This document shows, piece by piece, positions 1 through 10,216 of a stretch of 64,000 nt of DNA (the first letter of the stretch is position 1; each line of letters starts with the position of its first letter). Under the pieces are notes generated by a model, which was given only the letters and a program-made list of their open reading frames with translations, did not search any database and was not told where the DNA came from. The DNA is from Octopus bimaculoides (lineage: Eukaryota), in the NCBI RefSeq assembly GCF_001194135.2, contig NC_068987.1, forward strand, positions 55,930,560 to 55,994,559, in the 5' to 3' direction. Both the position numbers and the translations under genes were made by a program.

Positions 1-410
1 GAAATAGAGAGTGGAGAGGGAAGTGCTGTCCTCGAGTAAGTTTATTGAAAGCTGAGTGAAAGTTGCGAAAAGGACAAGAGTGGATGGTACCTCTCTAAGT
101 GTAGACCCGTGAGTCAGAAAAAATGGGTTGGAGAAGGTACTTGCTCTTAGGATTTCAAGGAAATCTTGGACAGTGGGGTCTTTCGATTATCCCTAGAGAC
201 CTTCCTGTATCAGGAGGGCCACATTTCTGTCATCCTTCCTGCCACTTTTGTTTAACCTTTGTATGCAATGCATATGTCCCTTCTTTTTCAGGGTATACCG
301 TGTATACTTACTATTTTTTTAATCATTTCATTATATGTAAATCCTGTTTACATATATGTCCGTCTTTGTAATGACCCCTCATTCTTCGCCCTTCTGGCAA
401 ATAAATGAAA
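1..410 (+). mobile_element. 3' end of Tx1/L1-clade LINE (decayed ORF2 C-terminus plus 3' UTR)
   Basis: The frame at 2-117 reads K*RVEREVLSSSKFIES*VKVAKRTRVDGTSL, matching the C-terminus of the copy at 24770-25780 (RKVRVEREVLSRECFKTRWVNVVRMARV). It ends near aataaa-like gcaaataaatg followed by an (ATT)n tail. Truncated by the window edge. Confidence 0.7.
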
Positions 411-413
411 TCA

Positions 414-414
414 C

Positions 415-466
<52 letters not shown>

Positions 467-487
467 GTGTTGTTGTTGTTGTTGTTG

Positions 488-533
<46 letters not shown>

Positions 534-1015
534 CATTATTGCTATTAGTATTATTATTATTTACTTGCTCTTATTGCTCTTACGTATCAACTTGTGTCTC
601 TGCGGTAGGTTAATCTCTGTTTCTGTTTCTGTGTTTCTAAGTCTGATTCTATATTTCCGTTATGTTGGTTTGGTTTGTCTCTCGCTGTCTTTTTGTTTTC
701 TTATTGCTTGTGATGTTTGCTTTTGGTTATTTTCATCGTTGTTTTATTTTTCCTATAACCTTTGTTTCTTCTGATTTGTTGTTTGTTGTTGTTGTTGTTG
801 TTGTTGTTACTGTAGTTATTATTATTATTATCCGTTATTACAGTATTAGTTGACTTTTAATTTGTTTGTATCTAAGTTGGATATTCGATTGTTTATTATA
901 TTAGTTTTCTTTCCTTTATTGTCATTCTTCTTCTTCTTCTTCTTCTTCTTCTTCTTCTTCTTCTTCTTCTTCTTCTTCTTCTTCTTCTTCTTCTTCTTCA
1001 CCATCATCATCATTA
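414..1015. repeat. Compound trinucleotide microsatellites (ATT)n/(GTT)n/(TTC)n
   Basis: Visible directly; these explain the poly-I/L/F ORFs in the track. Confidence 0.95.
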
Positions 1016-1412
1016 TCGTTATTATTTCCCTTCCTCTTTATAAATTTTTGTTTTTTGTCTATTTCTTTGCTCGTTCGATTTCACTTTACATATGATAATT
1101 CAATGATACTCGTTTGAATTTCGTCAAGAATTTTGTTTGTTTATCTAAAACTAAAAAGAACAAAAGAAATAAAAGGAGAAATACGTTTATGCATATACAA
1201 ATGCATAATTTATCTGCAATACATATAGATGTACATACATACGCACACATACATACATACATACATANNNNNNNNNNNNNNNNNNNNNNNNNNNNNNNNN
1301 NNNNNNNNNNNNNNNNNNNNNNNNNNNNNNNNNNNNNNNNNNNNNNNNNNNNNNNNNNNNNNNNNNNNNNNNNNNNNNNNNNNNNNNNNNNNNNNNNNNN
1401 NNNNNNNNNNNN

Positions 1413-1453
<41 letters not shown>

Positions 1454-1583
1454 CACATTTTTGTATGTATGTGTTCTGATTAAGTATTCATGAATAATTT
1501 ATCTACGCAATTCTCCGTTATTGCAATACAGATTCACACACGAATCAATGTATTTCTCATTATACTAACTGCAGGCAAGTGTG

Positions 1584-1584
<1 letters not shown>

Positions 1585-1629
<45 letters not shown>

Positions 1630-1630
1630 A

Positions 1631-1663
<33 letters not shown>

Positions 1664-1839
1664 TCGATCAATCGATCGATCAGTCAATATATCTATCTAG
1701 TTAGTTATCTTACTGGCTAAATAAGTACCCATCTACCTCTCTGTATCTTTCTATCTATGAATCTTTCGATGTGTCTATGTAGTTATCTACTAAGCATCCA
1801 TCTATTCATTCATTCATTCATCCATTCATTTATTTATTC

Positions 1840-1907
<68 letters not shown>

Positions 1908-1915
1908 GTCTGTCT
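1585..1915. repeat. (TCTA)n/(TTCA)n tetranucleotide microsatellites
   Basis: Visible directly. Confidence 0.95.
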
Positions 1916-2149
1916 GTCAAAATGCATGCATTTATCAAAGTATGCAGTATTATAGATCCAGTTCAACCGATCTTACCAATATGTTTCCCAATGTGTATCA
2001 AACAACCGGATATTATACAACGGAACGGTTACATAATACCACTTGCTTTTCAGAGTTAGCATTTATAGAAAAACATGCCAATTGCTCTATGTTATTGGGA
2101 GTGAAAAATGTTACATCCGGTTTTTAGGTGCTATGAAAATAGACTAATC

Positions 2150-3700
2150 GGTGTTGTTGGAGGTGTAATGAGTAAGAGTTTTATCAAGTTATGTCTTTTG
2201 GCCCCAGACTATCTGACATGCTGAGAAAATATATACAGGCTGTATTTAGGACTTTCGATTAGTATAAAGTTGAAATGTGTAGGTTTTTAGTGAGAATGGA
2301 GAGTGTCCGAAGCTTTAAGCCTACGGTCGGAAGCATATATATTTAAGTTCATTTTTATTAGTGTTGGTTAAACCCTGCTGAATTCTCATAAAGTGATTGT
2401 GGGAGGATCAAAGGTGGAGTACCTAGTGATTATAGTCCTGTCGGGATTGTAGGTAAAAAATACACCTTGTCTCGTGTGGACAAGAATTAAAGATCTCATT
2501 CGAGTTCTGAGAATTTTTAAATATGATGTTTTCTCGGCTAAACATAATCCACAATTTTTGCTGCAATAAAAATAAGACTTGTACTTCTCTTGTATTTTTC
2601 ACTTGACATTGTACTCCGTAGCGCTTCCATTCAACTATCATACAAGCCTAGACAGGGCTGTGACATTTCGTTTCTTCTCGATATTGAAGAAGGTTTTATA
2701 GTTGTTGAACCTGATAATGATAGATCCTGCTGTCGCTCCCACATAACTTCCAACATTTTGCTACTCATTGGAGTATTTTGATGTTACTTCTGCGTCATAT
2801 GTTTTTGTGTTACAGTAGCTGTTAAGGGGACAAGTAGTACTGCCTCTACCGCATGTATGGACATACCTACCAATATTTTCTTTACAGAAGTTGTACAGCT
2901 GAAGGAAACTACTAAGGTGTGCCTATGAAAACTCTTACTTGAACCTATTCGTACGAGGTAAGTGTTTATCCACTTAGGAATAGCTTATCCACACAGGCTT
3001 TTAGACCTGTGGTATTTTTTTGTGGAAATTAGGGTCTGGCGTGTAACTAATCATATTCTTAAAACCACAAACAACCAGAGCCTCATTGTAGTACGAGGCA
3101 GCGGCATCAAAAATATATTTACTTGAAAAAATCTCGGAGAATTTTTCTGCTGACCCTCTTTACCAGTTTCCTAAACATTATAGCTGGATAAAAAAGAAGC
3201 TGATTAATGTATGTCAGCCTTTCATTCGGTTTCTGAAAAGGCTTATAAGAACAGTCACACTCTCGATGGACTTTGAAAAGACCTGCAAGGCCTGAAGCAC
3301 CGGACTAGATCCTTCATTTCTTCCCTCCGTGCTGTGTTCTTACTCTATCAAGATTGATTTTTACAATTATCGTTTCATGTTGATAAAATACGAACCAGTT
3401 ATATATTTTGGTTTAATCAATCTGCTGCATACTCTCTTATACAATATATGCTCTCTCTACATATAATGCTATCTATATTTAAACTCAAATCACCCATGAT
3501 CGACAAAACCAGTTGTTAAAAAACATTTTACCTGTGACCATCTCGTCTTTTTATATCAATTCAGGTATTATGTAATCATGGAAAATTGCATTTTCTGATG
3601 CGTTCTTTCCAATTAACAACAAGGTCTTACTTGAGGGAGATTTGGTTGCTATTTCTAGTAGTTCGAGCGACAACGTAGAGCCAAAAATGGAGAAAGTTAA
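2150..3700 (-). mobile_element. Decayed Penelope-like element (Neptune-like), RT thumb plus GIY-YIG endonuclease
   Basis: One minus frame over about 2500-2840 reads TCPLNSYC..SYVGATAG..RFNNYKTFF..KRNVTALS..YNVK*KI..KSY..CGLCLAEK, then NEIFNSCPH. About 3040-3130 reads KYIFDAAASYYNEALVVCGFKNMISY. Many stops. Boundaries approximate. Confidence 0.8.
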
Positions 3701-4027
3701 AGAGGGAACGAGTTATCTAAATTGTTGTTCACTCTGCAATAAATAGCAACCAAATATGTCTCTAGTCATAGCCTTCCGTCATAAAAACAGAATGACAAGT
3801 TGGTTTTGGTACTCTCAGTTATACCGGATCTAAAAACAGATTGGATGCACATAATGGAACTCTGTTGTTAATAAATCAGCTCTAGTGAATCAGATTTGGG
3901 TCTAAAAAGTAACTACGTCATGTGATCCACGTAGTTACGTGTACGACGATATATAGCAGAATCGTAGAACAAGAAATAAACGACTTGCGCTAATTTGCTA
4001 AGTCCATTCGTGATCAATTTAACTTCT

Positions 4028-4148
4028 TTAGGAAACTGGTAAAGAGGGTCAGCAGAAAAATTCTCCGAGATTTTTTCAAGTAAATATATTTTTGATGCCT
4101 CTGCCTCGTACTACAATGAGGCTCTGGTTGTTTGTGGTTTTAAGAATA
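4028..4148 (+). repeat. 121-bp inverted copy of 3054-3174 flanked by a 17-bp direct repeat
   Basis: Reverse complement of 3054-3174 with one mismatch that I could see; tgatcaatttaacttct at 4011-4027 and 4149-4165. Confidence 0.9.
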
Positions 4149-4664
4149 TGATCAATTTAACTTCTCATTTTCCAGGATCGGCAAAATAACTACCTGCTGC
4201 TGTTGTCTTTGTTATTGATGTTTGGACGCTACCTCCACAGGTTTCACTGATCGAGCAGACCCATGATTAAAGATGTTCTAGTTGTAACCAGCCCGTCTTT
4301 TTCCCTCGTGTTCAGCGAACTCGGCCTTACATTATTTGAGGGATAACTGGTTGTTATTTCTTTCTGGCCGAGCAGCCACATAGAGGCACACGTTGGCACC
4401 CTAGAACTGTATAGCATTAGTATTGTTGTTGTAGTTTAGTCCCGGTCAGTTAGTCCTGACTGAGCAGATCTACAATGAAAAATATTATTCCTGTCATGAC
4501 TACTCGTATTTCGACATTTTTTGATACCACCTTATTTAACTTGGAGAATGTAATATGTGGATGATCCGGATGCTGTCACTAACAGGTCGAGGTAACACGT
4601 AGAGACACCCTCACTTGCACGCAGTACGGATGCTGCTCCTGTTGCTGTTTGTGTTATCGTAGAG

Positions 4665-5010
4665 CAGTGTTTCACCACCATTTCTTATCCATAGCCCCCA
4701 TTGATTACAATGAAAATTCTGGTGAACCCCATAACCATTCGATATTTAAAAACTAGTTTTATTGATTCTTCTTCCAAAATTACTATTTTGTTCATCACAC
4801 AATTACTAGTGTAGGTCGAATTATGTAAAATGTTAGAGAAAGAAATCAAGTTGTTTCTTGCAATAAATACATCTAAAACAAAATTGTAACATGGATCCAT
4901 AAAACAATACTGTGGACCAATTTACTATTTATTTTGCTATTTACTATTTTACTCCCAAAAGTTTTGTATAGACACTGAGGGGTCATATGGACTCCGGTTG
5001 AGAACCACAG
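4665..5010. mobile_element. hAT/Charlie-like MITE
   Basis: Ends are cagtgtttcaccacc and ggttgagaaccacag, resembling the CAGTGGTTCTCAACC-type TIR. The 8-bp flanks do not match, so it is old. Confidence 0.55.
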
Positions 5011-5104
5011 ATATGGAATGTAACTTGCTGTTGATAGGACTGCTATTAGGTAAAGTTATCTTCTCGAGTCATGCTGACTCATAAAGGCCGTGATAGGAAG
5101 TATC

Positions 5105-5435
5105 TTACTCAAGAACACAACGCGTCGCCTGCTCGCAGAATAGAAACCACAATCTTACGATCATGAGTTCACTAAGCTTCGCGCCTCCACAAAAAAAGGT
5201 TACCGTCTCGAGTTCTGCCAACTCAAGGGCCGGTTTCCCGGTTTCCATGACATATAAATTCCCCACCTGGACAGGACGCCGGTCTGTCCATGGATTACTC
5301 TCTGTTGCCAGCTGAGTAGACTGGAGCAACATGAAATGATGTGTTTTGCTCACGAACACAACGCGTCGCTCGGTCCAGGAATCGAAACCACAATCTTATG
5401 ATCATGAGTCCAACCACTAAACCGCGCGCCTCCAC
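5105..5435 (-). mobile_element. Tandem tRNA-derived SINE family B (truncated head 5105-5190 plus copy about 5200-5435)
   Basis: Two near-identical heads (cacaacgcgtcg..aatcgaaaccacaatctta.gatcatgag..gcgcctccac); body ttgccagctgagtagactggagcaac is shared with 63509-63810. Confidence 0.8.
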
Positions 5436-5477
5436 GGACTGCTATTACTCACAGGTCGAGATAACATAGAGCAGACA

Positions 5478-6392
5478 TTCTTATTCTTCATTCTTTTATT
5501 CTTTTACTTGTTTCAGTCATTTAACTGCGGCCATGCTGGAGTACCGCCTTAAAGGCTTATTCTTTGTAAGCCTTGTACTTTGTAAGCCTAGTACTTACTC
5601 TATCCGTCTCTTTTGCCAAACCGCTAAGTAACGGGGATGTTAGCACACCAACATCGGTTGTCAAGCAACGGTGGTGGGACAAACACTGACACAAAGATAC
5701 ACACACAGAGAGACACACACAGACATATATATATGTACACGATAGGCTTCTTTATATATATATATATATGTGTGGGGGGGGGGGAAATTGGTATGTGAAA
5801 GCACNNNNNNNNNNNNNNNNNNNNNNNNNNNNNNNNNNNNNNNNNNNNNNNNNNNNNNNNNNNNNNNNNNNNNNNNNNNNNNNNNNNNNNNNNNNNNNNN
5901 NNNNNNNNNNNNNNNNNNNNNNNNNNNNNNNNNNNNNNNNNNNNNNNNNNNNNNNNNNNNNNNNNNNNNNNNNNNNNNNNNNNNNNNNNNNNNNNNNNNN
6001 NNNNNNNNNNNNNNNNNNNNNNNNNNNNNNNNNNNNNNNNNNNNNNNNNNNNNNNNNNNNNNNNNNNNNNNNNNNNNNNNNNNNNNNNNNNNNNNNNNNN
6101 NNNNNNNNNNNNNNNNNNNNNNNNNNNNNNNNNNNNNNNNNNNNNNNNNNNNNNNNNNNNNNNNNNNNNNNNNNNNNNNNNNNNNNNNNNNNNNNNNNNN
6201 NNNNNNNNNNNNNNNNNNNNNNNNNNNNNNNNNNNNNNNNNNNNNNNNNNNNNNNNNNNNNNNNNNNNNNNNNATATATATATATATATATACGACAGGA
6301 TTCTTTCAGTTTCCGTCTGCAAAATTCACTCACAAAACTTTGGTCGCCCCAAGGGTATAGCAGAAGACACTTGCCCAAGGTGCCACGCATGG
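5478..6392 (-). mobile_element. SINE family C with an internal TA/CA microsatellite spanning the N-gap
   Basis: Tail cttttacttgtttcagtcatt..gccatgctggag..actaagt(a)acgggga is shared with 8490-8600 and 46430-46500. Head gaagacacttgcccaaggtgcca is shared with 41995, 45640 and 46900. Confidence 0.75.
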
Positions 6393-6731
6393 GCAACAGC
6401 CGTCCGAATGAGACATGACACACCATCAGGCAAGACGCACTAATAAAACATCTCAAGGCAATTTTTCGTTGGTGTGTCATTCAGAAAGTCACCGGGGCCG
6501 CAGTTTGCCGATGACTGACATACAGGTTCCCTCGCAGCTGTTGTTGTTGTTCTTGTTGTTGTTGTGCGTAGTTTGGAGTTGATTCAGTTGTTATTACTAA
6601 CAGGTCTAAAGACCATGTTGATGCACTTTTATTTTTGTTTAATATAATCAATACCAGTTAAACTCCACCTTTTTTTTTTTTTACTCTCCCGAAATTTGTG
6701 TAGCTTTGCTTCAATATCAGAAATCAATATA

Positions 6732-6949
6732 CGTGCGGGTGCTGAAAAGTTCCTAGCTTTAAGTATATCACAAAAAGCTTGGTTGCAAGCCCAACAGACC
6801 GCGTTCTTTTACAGGGATTCGAACAACTGAGGAACCACTGTAATAAGTGTGTGAATCTGAGAGGAGGATATGTTGAATAAACATCATAATAATCTGATCG
6901 TCATGTTTTTTGTCTTACCTAAAGCCAAGAACTTTTCAGTAATCCCTCG
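6732..6949 (+). mobile_element. Mariner-derived MITE (218 bp)
   Basis: TIRs gtgctgaaaagttcctagcttta / taaagccaagaacttttcag; TA on both sides (6730-31, 6950-51). Retains the transposase C-terminus FTGFEQLRNHCNKCVNLRGGYVE*. Confidence 0.85.
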
Positions 6950-8186
6950 TACGTAATGTAAACTCAATAGAATGAGGACAATTAATTTAGATTAGATCTT
7001 TATTATTTATGCCGATTTTTTTTTGCTCTGTCTTTTTGTTGGTTGTGTTTGTATTTATTTATTTATTATTTTTAGTCCTCTGTTAACAGGTCCTGATGTA
7101 AAATTTGTAATCGCATTTCGATATTAAATCATCTTGGAATTATTTAACCGAGCTTGTTTATTTCTCCAGAACTGATGAAAGTTGCAGATATAGAAAATTG
7201 AAAAATAGTTTATTAGAAGCTCATCTCGGAAACTGTTCCATCGTATAAAGATAATCGTATAAAGATAATCGTGGTGATAGTGGATTTAACAGGAGGGGTG
7301 TGCATAGGAGGATAGCGGTAGATGATAATGACGCAGAGGATTACCATGATAATAACGGTGAATGTGGTGATGGTGACGGTGATAGTAGCGATTTCGGTGA
7401 GGAGGAAGCTAATAAAAGAAGAGATGGTAGGTGGAGAAGGGAGAAAGAGAAGAAAGATTAGCCGAAAGAAGAATGATAAGAGAGAGGCAATGGGGGGGGG
7501 CGAATGAGTAGGAAGGAGACGAAGAAGACAAGCCAGGGAAGAAGAAGAAGAAGAAGAAGAAGAAGAAGAAGAAGAAGAATCCAGTCGGTTAATGGAATTA
7601 TGAACAGAATGCAAGGGAATGCCGTGATGTACAGAGGGGTGGATTGAGGTGGGAGGGCAGGATGTTGTCCGCTTAATCAAAGGAACCTTTTGTTCGTCTT
7701 TCAATTCAAAGCCGCTATACTGATTAGGGTCGCTGAGCTATCAAGCTGGTCGGGCTAAATTCTATTTAGAGATTTGCCCTCGTTTTATTCTTCATATCAC
7801 CAAATTCTCGTTTCTGTGAATGAAGATTCTACAATGGAAGCGTTTCAAATGTTAATGCAATAACTCTTACCGTCTTCCTTTCTTCAGTTCGATAGAAACT
7901 CTTAGATTTTACAAACTAATCTCATCATATCATCTGCGTATTCTATTTCAGTCTTAAACAGTAATGCCTTTTTTTTTTCATCTCCTTTCTGTTGCGAGCC
8001 AAGATATTTATGATTTCAGAAACTGATCTTTATATATCAATACAAGGGTTTCGTTTTAACCTCAAGCATTGACCCAATGACGAAATATTTATAAACGATT
8101 ATTTATTTGTTTTGTTTTAATTCTTATTCGACAATATATAAGTCTACGTTTCATATACACCACTCTATCGTTTTGACCTAATATTG

Positions 8187-8320
8187 GCTTCAAATTCTTG
8201 ACACAAGGCCAGCTTTTTCGGGGAGGGGTTGAATCGATTAAATTAACCCCAGTGCTCAGCTAGTACTTATTTTATCGACTCCCAAAAGGATGAAAGGCAG
8301 AGTTGACCCCAGCGGAATGT
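8187..8320 (-). mobile_element. SINE family A, 3' part
   Basis: tacttattttatcgactcccaaaaggatgaaaggcagagttgacc matches the well-preserved copy at 51985-52214. Confidence 0.75.
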
Positions 8321-8489
8321 CATTTTGATCTAATATTAACCATTTGCCTATCCAAAATATCTTCATAAGTTTGTCCTAAACATCTATGCTTGTTTTCAGA
8401 CTTTTAGTTAGACTTTCATCTATCTTCTTCTTAGCGGTATTTCTTCCATCTCTACTTTCTCAGTCGAAAGAATCGACCGTAGTGATTGT

Positions 8490-8600
8490 CTTTCTTTAAA
8501 GCCTGGTACTTATTCTATAGGCTTCGTTTTGCCGAACCACTAAGTTACGGGGATGTAAATGCACCAACACTGGTTGTCAAGCGGGAGTGCCACGTGTACA
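8490..8600 (-). mobile_element. SINE family C tail fragment
   Basis: gcctggtacttattctat..gccgaaccactaagttacggggatgtaaat..ggttgtcaagcg matches 5590-5670. Confidence 0.75.
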
Positions 8601-8940
8601 CACACATACCTACACATATATATATATATATATATATNNNNNNNNNNNNNNNNNNNNNNNNNNNNNNNNNNNNNNNNNNNNNNNNNNNNNNNNNNNNNNN
8701 NNNNNNNNNNNNNNNNNNNNNNNNNNNNNNNNNNNNNNNNNNNNNNNNNNNNNNNNNNNNNNNNNNNNNNNNNNNNNNNNNNNNNNNNNNNNNNNNNNNN
8801 NNNNNNNNNNNNNNNNNNNNNNNNNNNNNNNNNNNNNNNNNNNNNNNNNNNNNNNNNNNNNNNNNNNNNNNNNNNNNNNNNNNNNNNNNNNNNAAACGAA
8901 GTTCTTTTTTAATCTAAAATATACTCTCCTTCGTTTTCTA

Positions 8941-10216
8941 TTAGATTGCCAACTAAGTTCCCGCCGTTTTTTTTAAATTGAAATTTTTTACAATGTTTAA
9001 TAAAAGATAACAACTAATTCATCAATAATGTACTCACCCTTGTTGTTTACAACTTCTTCCCAACGTTCAACAAGATTTTCAATACCTCGTTGGTAGAAAT
9101 CACCCGATTTCGACTCGAAAAATTAATCCAACCAAGCTCTCAATTCTGCATCAGTATTGAACGAAACTCCGCGCATACCATTTGAAAAAGATCGAAAGAG
9201 GTGAAAATCTGTTGGTGCCAAATCAGGAGAGTACGGGCGGTGTGGAAGCACTTCCCAGCCATGCGTTTGAATGGCTTCCTTGGTCATATTGGCGATATGC
9301 GGGCGGGCGTTGTAGTGCAGCAGAAGAACTCCATGCTGCCGATTAAGTCTTTTCTCTTGAATAGCCGTGTGGAGTCTTTCCATCTGTTGAACATAGAGTT
9401 CCGCGTTGATCGTTTGGTTCCATTCAAGCAATTCGTAATGGATAATCCCTTCCCAGTCCCACCATACGCACAACATCGTTTTACGCGGATGAAGCACTTG
9501 TTTCATGCGCGGTGTCGCTTGTTTACCGGGGCTAAGCCATTCCTTACGCTGCTTCATATTGATGTACAGGCACCATTTTCCGTCGCCAGTAACGATTTGG
9601 TACATAAATCGTTGTTTGTGCCCATGAGTTGAGTGGTGACGTGCAAGCAAACAAGCAGAGATTGTGGCTCGTTGATTTTTGTTGTTGTCACTTTAAGCAA
9701 GCGAAACCCACGCTCCATACTTCTGAAACTTTCCCATCGAGTGAAGATGCTTCTCTATAGTAGTGTGGGAGCATTCCATTTTCTCTGCCACTTCCCTTGT
9801 CGTTTGACGAGAATTTTCTTGCAAAAGTTGGTTTAACCGCTCTTCATCGAACTTTGCGTGTTTGAGGTCAAAATTTCCATTTTTGAACTTGGCATACCAA
9901 TCACAAACGGTTCTTTTAGCTATGGCAAGCTCTCCATACACAACACAAATATCGCGAGCAGCATTTGCAGCCCTAAAACCTTGATTAAAATCAAAAAGGA
10001 GGAGGTGTCAAAAATGCTCGTTTTTCTTAACTTGACATTCCATTTTAATGATCTGAAAATAAACAAAAATTAACTAAAATTAACTAGAAAAAAAACTAAC
10101 AAAATAGATTCCAAAATGATTCAAAAATAGAATTCTCGAAAAAAAGATTCCAAAATTTAAAAACGCAATAAATTCCAAAATTTAGAAAAACGGCGGGAAC
10201 TTAGTTACCAACACAA
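8941..10216 (-). mobile_element. Full-length mariner element A (1276 bp) with TIRs and TA TSD
   Basis: TIRs ttagattgccaactaagttcccgccgtttt / aaaacggcgggaacttagttaccaacacaa; TA at 8939-40 and 10217-18. Confidence 0.95.
9000..10043 (-). pseudogene. Mariner A transposase (DD34D type), disrupted
   Basis: MECQVKKNEHF*HLLLFDFN..IVTGDGKW..MLCVWWDWEG..LLHYNARPH..YSPDLAPTDFHLF..GEYIID. Internal stops, a frameshift near 9690, and the second catalytic D mutated to Y. Confidence 0.9.

Noticed and set aside
1942-2127. 61-aa ORF with three N-glycosylation sequons
   Set aside because: No convincing splice sites or homology; its length is within chance.
2888-2964. Good acceptor plus AG|GTAAGT donor
   Set aside because: Stops in all frames, and it lies antisense within a PLE remnant.
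3054-4148. Long-TIR (Mutator/foldback) transposon interpretation
   Set aside because: The left arm is part of PLE coding sequence and only the right arm has a flanking duplication.
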